Virus record (IMG/VR): IMGVR_UViG_3300004369_000007
DNA: 20,000 nucleotides
Source: an uncultured virus (IMG/VR IMGVR_UViG_3300004369_000007)
Lineage: Duplodnaviria; Heunggongvirae; Uroviricota; Caudoviricetes
Reading direction: 5' to 3' (one strand)
Below are positions 6,588 through 15,043 of this stretch, one piece after another. Position 1 is the first letter of the stretch, and every line of letters begins with the position of its first letter. The notes under the pieces are model-generated. The model saw only the letters and a list, made by a program, of their open reading frames with translations. It was not told the origin of the DNA and ran no database searches. The translations under genes and the position numbers were made by a program.

Positions 6588-6839
6588 ATGAGTTGGGAAG
6601 ATATTGTTAAAAAAGAATACAATAATGCGTATGATAGATTAAGAGACGAATTACAAGCCAACGGTAATTCTCCCGAAGGTAAAACTGAGATTTTATTAGG
6701 TTTGTTTGAACAAATGGGCATTTTACATGGAAATATGAATCCTTTTGAGGCAGCGAGAACAGTTTTAAATCAAATTAGTTTTTTAATAAAAGAGGAACAA
6801 ATTGGTCTTATGATTGATGAAGATGAGAGGGGTTTTTAA
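6588..6839 (+). CDS. W-tag hypothetical protein (MSWEDIVKK...)
   Basis: AGGTGA RBS, ATG 6588. Confidence 0.8.
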   Translation: MSWEDIVKKEYNNAYDRLRDELQANGNSPEGKTEILLGLFEQMGILHGNMNPFEAARTVLNQISFLIKEEQIGLMIDEDERGF

Positions 6840-6887
6840 ACCGCCAAAAAAATTCCGAGCCATTTTTTGAGAAAAAAAGAGTTGATT

Positions 6888-7097
6888 ATGATGAATTGGG
6901 CAAGTATTATTAAAAGAGACCCTCCCACTTGTTTTAACTGTAATGTTTTTATGACTCCTCAAGAAACACGCTTATATGCAGATAGATGTTCTCTTTGTAA
7001 TAGTGCAATTGAATATTCTAAAAGAACAGGAAAAGAAATGCCGAATACTTATCAGCCTTCAAGACAATATGGCGAAGAAGGTTATACGGGGAAATAA
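6888..7097 (+). CDS. W-tag protein with Zn finger (MMNWASIIKR; CFNC...CSLC)
   Basis: Start placed after the repeat module. Two CxxC pairs. Confidence 0.75.
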   Translation: MMNWASIIKRDPPTCFNCNVFMTPQETRLYADRCSLCNSAIEYSKRTGKEMPNTYQPSRQYGEEGYTGK

Positions 7098-7135
7098 ATT
7101 CCGAGTCAAATTTTGAGAAAAAAGAGTTGATTAAG

Positions 7136-7507
7136 ATGAAATGGGAAGATATACTTAAAGATGAAGGATTTAGAGAAGAACACAAAGAACGATTAGGTTC
7201 AATGCGTTCTTCTAAACAACCAATGTTTGATGAGCGAGATAATCCAGCAGATATGGTGTCTGAGATGGTGTTTAAAATTATTGATTTTGACAAACTAGAA
7301 CGGTTTCTTCAAATGTCTAAAGCCCACTACATGAGGGCTATGGATGTTAAAAACTTCACTCCTCCGAGTTTATCCCAAAATGATGAAAATAAATTAATAA
7401 ATGGTCTTGAATTAATTTTGAATAAAGAAATTGCTTCCTATGTTGAAGAAGCCAGAAAAAATCAAGGTGAAAACCCCTTACCTAAATACGACCCAAAGGG
7501 TATTTGA
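7136..7507 (+). CDS. W-tag hypothetical protein (MKWEDILKD...)
   Basis: ORF track, with the start moved to the ATG after the repeat module. Confidence 0.8.
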   Translation: MKWEDILKDEGFREEHKERLGSMRSSKQPMFDERDNPADMVSEMVFKIIDFDKLERFLQMSKAHYMRAMDVKNFTPPSLSQNDENKLINGLELILNKEIASYVEEARKNQGENPLPKYDPKGI

Positions 7508-7517
7508 GGTGATTAAC

Positions 7518-7745
7518 ATGAATTGGACACATATTATTAAAAATGAAGATATGGGCAATTGGGAAGACGAAACGGGCGAACTAACTGATGAACAGTTTGA
7601 TAAATTACTTAAGTTGTGGAGAATGATTAAAGAATCATGGGATTTTTTTCAAGATAATTCGGAACTTCACTCAATTAGAGAACTAGATGATGTTGATACT
7701 TATTTACAAAAAGCGGCGAGTATTGTTTTTGATTTAACAGGGTGA
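7518..7745 (+). CDS. W-tag hypothetical protein (MNWTHIIKNED...)
   Basis: GAGGTGA RBS, ATG 7518. Confidence 0.8.
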   Translation: MNWTHIIKNEDMGNWEDETGELTDEQFDKLLKLWRMIKESWDFFQDNSELHSIRELDDVDTYLQKAASIVFDLTG

Positions 7746-7779
7746 AAAAATTCCGCCAAAAATTTTTGGAGAAATTAAC

Positions 7780-7887
7780 ATGACAAGATGCATTTATTTA
7801 GATTCATGGTTTGACTCTCAATCAAAGCGTTTAGACGAAGAAGAACAAAAACAAAAGAAAGACTTAATTACAGGTGAGAGAAAATGA
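7780..7887 (+). CDS. 35-aa hypothetical microprotein
   Basis: MTRCIYLDSWFDSQSKRLDEEEQKQKKDLITGERK*. It follows the repeat module and has an ATGA overlap with the next gene. Confidence 0.6.
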   Translation: MTRCIYLDSWFDSQSKRLDEEEQKQKKDLITGERK

Positions 7888-8180
7888 GTTGGAAAGATAT
7901 TATTAAAAACGAAGATTTCGGCTATTGGCTAAATGAAGAAACGGGCGAACCCATTCGTAATTTTGACTATGGCGGAAGTTTGAACAAAAAGTTTAAACCA
8001 AAGTGTCAAAACGGCCCTTGTTTAAGAATTGCTAATGGGACTGATGGAATTGGTTTTTGTATGCCTTGTGAAGATGATGCAAGCGATAATCGTTTAACTG
8101 ACCCTAAAAGCCCATATACAAGGGAGAACCAAATGAAAAACCCTACCCTCCCTAACATTTTTGTAGGTGATGAAAAATGA
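7884..8180 (+). CDS. W-tag protein with Cys cluster (MSWKDIIKNED...; CQNGPC...CMPC)
   Basis: AGGTGA RBS. ATGA overlaps at both ends. Confidence 0.8.
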   Translation: MSWKDIIKNEDFGYWLNEETGEPIRNFDYGGSLNKKFKPKCQNGPCLRIANGTDGIGFCMPCEDDASDNRLTDPKSPYTRENQMKNPTLPNIFVGDEK

Positions 8181-8530
8181 GTTGGAGAGATATTGTTAGA
8201 AAAAGCAATTGCACCGCAAAAATGGGACATTGCAGTTGCGAGGAATGTTTGAATAAGGGCGGTTGTCCTCATTGTGATGGAAATGCACCACGAAGCGAAT
8301 GTATTTGTGGACAAACAAATAAGGCCTCTAAGCCTGATTTTCTTGACCTTGACGGTGATGGAAACAAAACCGAATCTATGAAAGAAGCGGCAAAGTCCAA
8401 GAAATACAATGATACAGAAAAGAAAGCAAAAATGAAGTGTCCTAAATGTAAAGGAAAAGGATGCGCCCATTGTAAAGGGACTGGTTATCACGAAATTAAA
8501 TCAAAAAATCCATTTACTCGGAATGATTGA
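8177..8530 (+). CDS. W-tag Cys-rich protein with DxDxDG (EF-hand-like) and CxxCxGxG motifs
   Basis: MSWRDIVRK; multiple CxxC/CxC; PDFLDLDGDGNKTE; CPKCKGKGCAHCKGTG. Confidence 0.8.
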   Translation: MSWRDIVRKSNCTAKMGHCSCEECLNKGGCPHCDGNAPRSECICGQTNKASKPDFLDLDGDGNKTESMKEAAKSKKYNDTEKKAKMKCPKCKGKGCAHCKGTGYHEIKSKNPFTRND

Positions 8531-9545
8531 GATGTGGAAAGAAATCGTCAAGTTTGACGAAAGAGATGTGGAAAGCCGTGTTCAAAGAACAGGCTATTGT
8601 CGCCGTTGTCAGCAAATGGTTACTAAATATCAAAAATGCCCATTAAGACTTCCAGCACCACCTGTTAGTCCAAGTTGCCCGATGAGAGAAGAAGAAGGAA
8701 GAAGAATGCTAATTAAATGGTTAGATATTCTAAAAGTAGATGATATTGACTTTGATAAAGACCTTCAAGCATTTGGGGCATATTCCCATGAAAATAAACA
8801 TAGCACTCCACAAGAAGTAATGGATGTTATGATTACTTCTATGCTGAGGGGTAAAGCCCCCGAACTTAAGGATTTAGTTGAAGAAAAAATCAGAATTAAT
8901 CATCAAGGTATTTATAGATATTTAAAGCATAAATTAGAAAGGGAACCCACAGAAAAAGAAATAATGGAATTTGTAATTAGAACAATTATGCACGAAGGCA
9001 CTCATGCTGGAATGGGAACAGAACAATTCCCCATGTCCGATAGTGCATCAGAATATGGAGCAATTGTTGGACAATTTCCAGAAAATACTTATTATAGATT
9101 AAAAACATATCTTAAACACCCAGATTCTCAAACAAGAATACTTCCTCGTATATTTGACGACTTAGGTGTTAAAACAGCAGTTAGTAAAGAGCCAGTAGAA
9201 GAAGTTAAGGTTTTGATTGGGTTTATTGATGGTTTGACTGATGATATTAAAAATAAAACGCATCAGGAAAAAGCAAGAGAAAAACTAGCAAGGATGGAAA
9301 TAACTGCTAGGACACACAAAAAGAATCAAAAACTTACAGATATTGACCCAAGTAATCTAGATGAATTAGTTGGAAGATATGGAGAAAAACATAGAAATTT
9401 CCTTTCAAAACTATTAAATGATGTTGAATTTGATGATAGCGAACTTAAAATGGCGGCAACCGTTACTACTTCATCTGCCCCCGCTATGTTTAATAAAGTG
9501 GTGAGGGGTAGGGAGAAGCGGAGGGATAAGGATGCCCGAAGATAA
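8523..9545 (+). CDS. putative zinc metallopeptidase-like protein (HExxH) with two W-tags
   Basis: RTIMHEGTHAGM followed by a downstream E (SEYGA). MWKEIVK at the start (alternative start 8532) and internal KWLDILK. Confidence 0.7.
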   Translation: MIEMWKEIVKFDERDVESRVQRTGYCRRCQQMVTKYQKCPLRLPAPPVSPSCPMREEEGRRMLIKWLDILKVDDIDFDKDLQAFGAYSHENKHSTPQEVMDVMITSMLRGKAPELKDLVEEKIRINHQGIYRYLKHKLEREPTEKEIMEFVIRTIMHEGTHAGMGTEQFPMSDSASEYGAIVGQFPENTYYRLKTYLKHPDSQTRILPRIFDDLGVKTAVSKEPVEEVKVLIGFIDGLTDDIKNKTHQEKAREKLARMEITARTHKKNQKLTDIDPSNLDELVGRYGEKHRNFLSKLLNDVEFDDSELKMAATVTTSSAPAMFNKVVRGREKRRDKDARR

Positions 9546-10659
9546 GAAAAAGAATGTTAAAGACTTCAAAGGCAACAAAGTTTCTCAAGGAAACGGTTTT
9601 CCTTTTATTGAGAAGTTTAAGACTTGGAGAAGCACCTGTCAGAGTATTTCGGGAGAAGCCCTTCAAACAAAAAGTGTTCCTAATTTGTATATGTTTCTCA
9701 AAACACACATGATGGGAAATATTCGTGCAGGTAGCAGAAACAAGGGTCTTGACGGTCAAGGGGCTATTCAATTCCTTGAAGTTATTGAAACCTTTATTGA
9801 TAACGATTTATTTACTGAAGCACAGGCTTCTCTCATTGAACAGTTGGCCTCTACTTTAGAGGCTATGGAAAATACTGGAGAAGTCGCAGGAGAAAAATCT
9901 CCTGCATTTGACCCTGCTTTTATTCTCTTTACTGAACAAGACAAGACCAAAACTGGTCAAAAGAAAGCACCGCGATATGTTCAAGGACATTATGCAACAG
10001 AATGGTATGCCGCAAGAAATGAAGGAGTAAGTGCTGTTCCTGCCGAATGGCTTGCTGGTAATAATCCTCCACACCAAGCATTGTTTTCGGAAACCAAAAC
10101 TAAATATGCTAATCCTAAAGGACTTCTTTATATTATGAAAGAAGCAAGTGAAACTTTAGATGATGTAGAGATTGAAGTTGAGGTTGGTGGTGTTTCTCCA
10201 AAACTGGAAACTGAAATTGATGGAATTAAATCCGTTGAAGAATTTTTTAACAAGGTTGTTCGTGATGCTAGTTACTGGAATGCTGGTGGAAGATTGCTTA
10301 CAAGTAAAATTAAGTCTGAATTACAAGCAACAGAATTTCCCATTAAATCTGGCCCACAAGAACAAGCATTAGCAAGAAAAATTACTAATATCGGCCCAAA
10401 GGGAGAAAGGGATTCTTTGACGGGTAGAGTAACTGGAATTAGACTTACTGCTTTACCTATCATTAATTTAGTTGATAGAGCCTTAAAGCGTAGAAATACT
10501 AACAAAGCACCGAATGGTTTTAGAGCCTGGCAAAATGAAAGAAAATCTGGTTTTGATTATAGAAAAACACGAAGAGAAAAATTCGGTGATGATGCTCAAG
10601 GTAATTTAGATAGTAAGGTTATTTCTAAAATGTGGCAACAACTTTTATGGAGGGAATAA
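9532..10659 (+). CDS. hypothetical protein (375 aa)
   Basis: Long ORF overlapping the upstream gene. Ends SKMWQQLLWRE. Confidence 0.85.
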   Translation: MPEDKKKNVKDFKGNKVSQGNGFPFIEKFKTWRSTCQSISGEALQTKSVPNLYMFLKTHMMGNIRAGSRNKGLDGQGAIQFLEVIETFIDNDLFTEAQASLIEQLASTLEAMENTGEVAGEKSPAFDPAFILFTEQDKTKTGQKKAPRYVQGHYATEWYAARNEGVSAVPAEWLAGNNPPHQALFSETKTKYANPKGLLYIMKEASETLDDVEIEVEVGGVSPKLETEIDGIKSVEEFFNKVVRDASYWNAGGRLLTSKIKSELQATEFPIKSGPQEQALARKITNIGPKGERDSLTGRVTGIRLTALPIINLVDRALKRRNTNKAPNGFRAWQNERKSGFDYRKTRREKFGDDAQGNLDSKVISKMWQQLLWRE

Positions 10660-10660
10660 A

Positions 10661-10978
10661 ATGTGGAAAGATATTCTTAAAATTGATATGGACGAAGCCC
10701 GAAGATTGGGTCGTAAATATGCACCCGATGACTATAAAGATTTTGATAATGAAAGAAGAATAAATCAAAGAGAATCTATGATTGAAAGACATAAGAAAAT
10801 TATTGCTTCTGCTAAAGAACAAATGAAAGATTTAGATTTCTCAGATGATAAGGTGCGAGGACTTATGGAACAATATATTCAAATGATGGAAAACGAAATA
10901 GGTTCTAAAGCATTTGATACCCCTCATACTGCATTCAAAAGTTTTGCTAGAGCAGAAAAATATGGACACGATATGTAG
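10661..10978 (+). CDS. W-tag hypothetical protein (MWKDILK...)
   Basis: GGAGG RBS, 1 nt after the previous stop. Confidence 0.8.
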   Translation: MWKDILKIDMDEARRLGRKYAPDDYKDFDNERRINQRESMIERHKKIIASAKEQMKDLDFSDDKVRGLMEQYIQMMENEIGSKAFDTPHTAFKSFARAEKYGHDM

Positions 10979-10989
10979 GGGTTGATAAT

Positions 10990-11655
10990 ATGACAGTTAA
11001 TCGCAAGCGTTGTAGTCTTTGTCAAGCACCGAATAGAGAAGAACTTGAATCTTCTCTTGAAACAGGACAGGCGACTTGCGACGAATTAGACACTATCCAT
11101 AATTGGAGAAGTGGAACTGCGGCACAACATCAAAGAAACCACATGGGCGAATACAAAATGTCGTCTAATCCTCAATGTGTTCTATGCACAGACCCAATGA
11201 GGAAACACTACGAACAAGCACTAAAAGAAGGTAATATCTCAAGTGAGGCTGTTTCTTCTGCGCTGGACACCACAAAAACGCAGGTGCAACGCCACATGAA
11301 ACACCACTTGGCCCCAATCGTCCAAGAATCTGCGGCCATGATGATAGCGAAAAAGGAAGTAAATGAAGTTGATTTGCTTTCAAACAATGTGCAGAAGTTA
11401 GATATGCGTTTAGAGCAAGTGTTCAATGATTTGGGGAATGACCTTGACCCTAAGATGATTGATGCTCTTACCAAGTTAGCAAGAGAGATTCGTGAATCTT
11501 TGAAGTATCTTATGGAGTTCAAGGGTAAATTGATTCACAAGAGACAAGATACTATTGTTATTGCACAGATGCAAATTGTCCAAGAAGTGTTAGCACAGAA
11601 CAATCCTGAGATTTGGCTGGACATTAAACAGAAAATGCAGGAGAGATTACAATGA
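10990..11655 (+). CDS. putative terminase small subunit / Zn-HTH DNA-binding protein
   Basis: Two tandem CxxC-(helix-turn-helix-like)-HxxxH modules (CSLC...HQRNH; CVLC...HMKHH) followed by a helical region. Upstream of TerL on the same strand. The TerS assignment is inference. Confidence 0.55.
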   Translation: MTVNRKRCSLCQAPNREELESSLETGQATCDELDTIHNWRSGTAAQHQRNHMGEYKMSSNPQCVLCTDPMRKHYEQALKEGNISSEAVSSALDTTKTQVQRHMKHHLAPIVQESAAMMIAKKEVNEVDLLSNNVQKLDMRLEQVFNDLGNDLDPKMIDALTKLAREIRESLKYLMEFKGKLIHKRQDTIVIAQMQIVQEVLAQNNPEIWLDIKQKMQERLQ

Positions 11656-12044
11656 GTTGGAAAGATATTTTAAAATCCCTTCCAGATTTTAGTAAATTCA
11701 TTAGAGAAGAATTTACTTATTCAAATATGGTTTTTGATGAGAAAAACTATGCGCCGTATATTAAGTTTGATGATGTTAGGAGAAGAAAGGTTAAAGAAGC
11801 AGAGCAAAGGGTTTTGAATTACTTTGATAACTTAACAGAAGAAGAACAAGAAGATATATCAATTGCTATAAATTTCGGAGATGGTTCTGGTTCTTCTGTT
11901 GATGAGAGCCTTTTGTATTCTATTATGATAGGTTTAATGGCTAAGGCCATGAAACTAAATATAGAAGAAGTTGTTGAAGGATATACATTCCAAATGCTTT
12001 ATGAATATAACACAAGAATAATTGTGGAAGAAGCAAATGTTTAG
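11652..12044 (+). CDS. W-tag hypothetical protein (MSWKDILKS...)
   Basis: ATGA overlap with the upstream gene; GGAG RBS. Confidence 0.8.
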   Translation: MSWKDILKSLPDFSKFIREEFTYSNMVFDEKNYAPYIKFDDVRRRKVKEAEQRVLNYFDNLTEEEQEDISIAINFGDGSGSSVDESLLYSIMIGLMAKAMKLNIEEVVEGYTFQMLYEYNTRIIVEEANV

Positions 12045-12064
12045 AAAATGCAGGAAAGATTACA

Positions 12065-12304
12065 ATGAGTTGGAAAGATATTTTTAAATCGGATTCTTTT
12101 AAAGAAATGATTTTAGATTTTGTAGATAAAGCCAAACCAAAAGATGAGTTTGAAAAAGGTGTCTTACAATTAATAAAACATATGGTAAAAAACAGAATAG
12201 GGATGGAAGATGATTATATTAAACATGAAGTCATAAGATTGCTAGATTTTGTAAGTGATGAAAATTTTAAATTATCAGATGAGATGCAGGAGAGATTAGC
12301 ATGA
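12065..12304 (+). CDS. W-tag hypothetical protein (MSWKDIFKS...MQERLA)
   Basis: ORF track. Its C-terminus duplicates that of 10990-11655 (MQERLQ). Confidence 0.8.
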   Translation: MSWKDIFKSDSFKEMILDFVDKAKPKDEFEKGVLQLIKHMVKNRIGMEDDYIKHEVIRLLDFVSDENFKLSDEMQERLA

Positions 12305-12639
12305 GTTGGAAAAAAGAAATTAAAAAAAGAGAAACTTATTCGGACGATGACAAGATGGACTTGATACATATTGCAGAAAGATACGGATATTTAGAAGGAG
12401 CAGAAACCGCAGAAATTATGAAAATTTTTAATAAGCCTGACAATTTATTTGATGCTTGGGTTGATGACATGATAGATTTATACGCACATTGGTATAATGA
12501 AGCAAGAAGAACAAGAAACCCAACAGAAGAACAAACTAGACTTTTTGGTTGGACAAAAGAACAAAATGAAGAAACTATCAGGGATATGACTCAGGCTTTT
12601 GCAGAATTAAAAAGGCTTGTTCCTAGTAAATTAAGATAA
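12301..12639 (+). CDS. W-tag hypothetical protein (MSWKKEIKK...)
   Basis: ATGA overlap; GGAG RBS. Confidence 0.8.
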   Translation: MSWKKEIKKRETYSDDDKMDLIHIAERYGYLEGAETAEIMKIFNKPDNLFDAWVDDMIDLYAHWYNEARRTRNPTEEQTRLFGWTKEQNEETIRDMTQAFAELKRLVPSKLR

Positions 12640-12656
12640 AAACAGGAGAGATTACA

Positions 12657-12761
12657 ATGAGTAAAAAACATTGTAATAATTGTGGTCGTGGATTAGCAGG
12701 AACTAAAAAAAGTGAAAGATGCACCCATTGTAAAAGGCAAAAAGAAGCGATGAGGGATTAA
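12657..12761 (+). CDS. 34-aa zinc-finger microprotein
   Basis: MSKKHCNNCGRGLAGTKKSERCTHCKRQKEAMRD*. It starts in the junction repeat and ends 1 nt before the next gene. Confidence 0.7.
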   Translation: MSKKHCNNCGRGLAGTKKSERCTHCKRQKEAMRD

Positions 12762-12762
12762 A

Positions 12763-15042
12763 ATGGGTTGGTTTGAGCAGTTAAAGATGATTCCATCGGA
12801 CAAAAATACTTTGGCCTTTGTAATCGTTAATGCTGCTCAAACAGAAAAAGCAGTTGAAGAGATTAAAAATCTTAAAACTGAACCACAAACTTTGAAAAAT
12901 ATTCTTCGTCAAGTGGACGCAGGAACAATTGACCTGCAAAAACTAAAAGATTTATACGGAAAACCGCCATATGGCGACCAAACTCTTGAACAAATGCAAG
13001 AAAATATTCAAAAATTGAAAGAAGCCGCTAGTTTTATGACAATTGATGATGTAAGAAGCCTAATCAATGAGGCTATGGAGGCCAAAAGTCAATCAAATCA
13101 ACAAAAAGTTGATGAAATTTTGGAAGAAATTGAGCAAAATGCTAATTTAGGTAAAAGAACCCTCCAATCCAACCGAGATATTAGAGATGCTTTGGACATT
13201 TTGCGTGAAAAATCAGGAAAATCTGTAATTATGTTTGAAAATCCACCATCAAATAAGCAACTTTTGGCTGATTTTGCCGAAGCAATCGGCGGAGAACTAA
13301 AAGAAGGCTCAATTTTGACAGATTTAAAAAATAATGGTGAATTAGTTGCTCTAATGGTTCCAAAAAGAAGCAAAAACACGAAGGAAATCATTGACGATGA
13401 TGCGACTATTCAGCAAAAAGACAGAGTTAAGGAAACTTACAACAAAATTATGAGAAATCCCGATGGAAGCAGGACAAATACTAACATGTTGTTCGTTTCA
13501 GGCAACGAAAGTGTTGAAGTTGATGATTTAGTTCGTCAAAAGAAGATTTTTGTAACCACAGGGACAAAAATGGAAATAGTTGAGCCTTTTACTGGTGCTT
13601 CTGTTATGAAATACATTAGGGCGGTTGATAATATCGCTGGAAGTGTAAGGGCATTTAGGCCTAAAAAATTTCCAAATGGTTCTGACTTTGCTTCTGTTAT
13701 TTTCTTGGATAAATCTAGTCCTAATTCTTTAAATGTTAATCCTTTTGTTAAAATTATTCTTACAAACGACTTTCCTAATAATTGGGCTAAACCTTTCTTT
13801 AATTCTATAAGAGTTCAGCAATTACTTACAGAAGAACAGGCAACTGAAACAATTATTGAAGAGATTTATCAAGCGTTAATTGCTGGTGAAACATCTACTG
13901 ATAGAAAGTTTAATATTCGTGCTTTTACTGGTATTGAGGGCCTTGGCTCAAAATCTAGAAAACAAATCACTTCTGAAATTAGGAAAATTATTTCTGATAG
14001 TGAGCGAATACAGAACATGATTTCCACAGAAGCACTAAATAGACAAAAAGAACAATTGACATTCCTTGAAGGAAATTTCACTATTAAAGAGGCTACTGCT
14101 TATATTAAATCTTTAGAAGATGAACTATTTTATGAAGAAGGTGAAGATTTTACTGTTGAGTATTTCAGAGATGGATATGACACAAAGTTTCTTGGGCCTG
14201 ACCTTGATGAAAATGGAAACGAACAATATGATGAATCTGGACAAAAAATAATGAGAGAGTATTCGGGCAAAGAAAAAGCAAATTATGCAGTAATTAAGGT
14301 TATTGATGATAAAACAGGAGAACTAAAACAAGTTTCTCCTAAAACTGCATATGATGAAGGAATTAGAGGTAAAACTGCTGAGTTATCCGAAAGTGCAAAA
14401 ACAAAGACTGAGGAAACACTTTCTAATCTTAAGCAAAAATTAGAAACAGCCATGCGAAGAAAAGCAAAATTACCGAAAGATAAACTTGAATCTATTTCAA
14501 GACAAGAAGAAAAAATTAATAATCTCAAAAGAGATATTGCTCAAACTGAGAAAAGATTAAAAGGTAAAAAAGAAATAGATATTTCTGCTCAAACTGAAAC
14601 CCTTCGTCAAGAAGTTTTAAACATGGAAGATTTTGAAGCATATCTTATTATGATGGGTAAAAAATTAAAGGATAGTGGAGGTCTAATGGAACTTGCTGAT
14701 ACTTTAGAAAATAAAGCATCTGCTTTAGAGACAATTACTCCCGAAAGAAGTTTAAGTTTCTTTGCTCAAGTTGATGAGTTGGTTGGCGACGAGGAAGTAA
14801 GGGAATCCTTTAAGACCATAGACGCTAACCCCGATTCAGCAGAAGCGCAAGAGGCGGCTAAGAAATTAAATGACAATATGCCTAACATTATAGAAAATAT
14901 TAAAAAACAGATTATTGAAGGGTTTAAATTACATCTTGAGAAATTTGTTAAAAATCCAGCCTCATTCCCAGACAATCAAGTTATTCTTGCTAATAAAAGG
15001 TTCCTTGAGGTAAACATAATTAGAGAACAAGTGAGGAATTAA
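12763..15042 (+). CDS. large helical/coiled-coil hypothetical protein (759 aa), possibly virion-associated
   Basis: Long ORF beginning MGWFEQLK (W-tag variant). Confidence 0.85.
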   Translation: MGWFEQLKMIPSDKNTLAFVIVNAAQTEKAVEEIKNLKTEPQTLKNILRQVDAGTIDLQKLKDLYGKPPYGDQTLEQMQENIQKLKEAASFMTIDDVRSLINEAMEAKSQSNQQKVDEILEEIEQNANLGKRTLQSNRDIRDALDILREKSGKSVIMFENPPSNKQLLADFAEAIGGELKEGSILTDLKNNGELVALMVPKRSKNTKEIIDDDATIQQKDRVKETYNKIMRNPDGSRTNTNMLFVSGNESVEVDDLVRQKKIFVTTGTKMEIVEPFTGASVMKYIRAVDNIAGSVRAFRPKKFPNGSDFASVIFLDKSSPNSLNVNPFVKIILTNDFPNNWAKPFFNSIRVQQLLTEEQATETIIEEIYQALIAGETSTDRKFNIRAFTGIEGLGSKSRKQITSEIRKIISDSERIQNMISTEALNRQKEQLTFLEGNFTIKEATAYIKSLEDELFYEEGEDFTVEYFRDGYDTKFLGPDLDENGNEQYDESGQKIMREYSGKEKANYAVIKVIDDKTGELKQVSPKTAYDEGIRGKTAELSESAKTKTEETLSNLKQKLETAMRRKAKLPKDKLESISRQEEKINNLKRDIAQTEKRLKGKKEIDISAQTETLRQEVLNMEDFEAYLIMMGKKLKDSGGLMELADTLENKASALETITPERSLSFFAQVDELVGDEEVRESFKTIDANPDSAEAQEAAKKLNDNMPNIIENIKKQIIEGFKLHLEKFVKNPASFPDNQVILANKRFLEVNIIREQVRN

Positions 15043-15043
15043 G

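Larger units (their letters stand above)
6545..7782 (+). repeat. dispersed ~45-bp upstream module AAATTCCG...TTTTG(A)GAAAA...TGATTAA.ATG (4 copies)
   Basis: Copies at about 6545-6590, 6846-6890, 7096-7138 and a degenerate one at 7745-7782, each ending at a start codon. Confidence 0.8.
11630..12662 (+). repeat. four copies of the junction repeat (ATG)CAGGAGAGATTACAATGAGT(TGGAAA)
   Basis: 11630-11671 and 12043-12084 match over 42 bp with 1 mismatch. Shorter copies at 12284-12312 and 12643-12662. Confidence 0.88.

Noticed and set aside
12965..12976. CGCCATATGGCG palindrome sharing the CCATATGG core
   Set aside because: Inside a long CDS, has different outer bases and no CAAAG/CTTTG arms. Probably chance.
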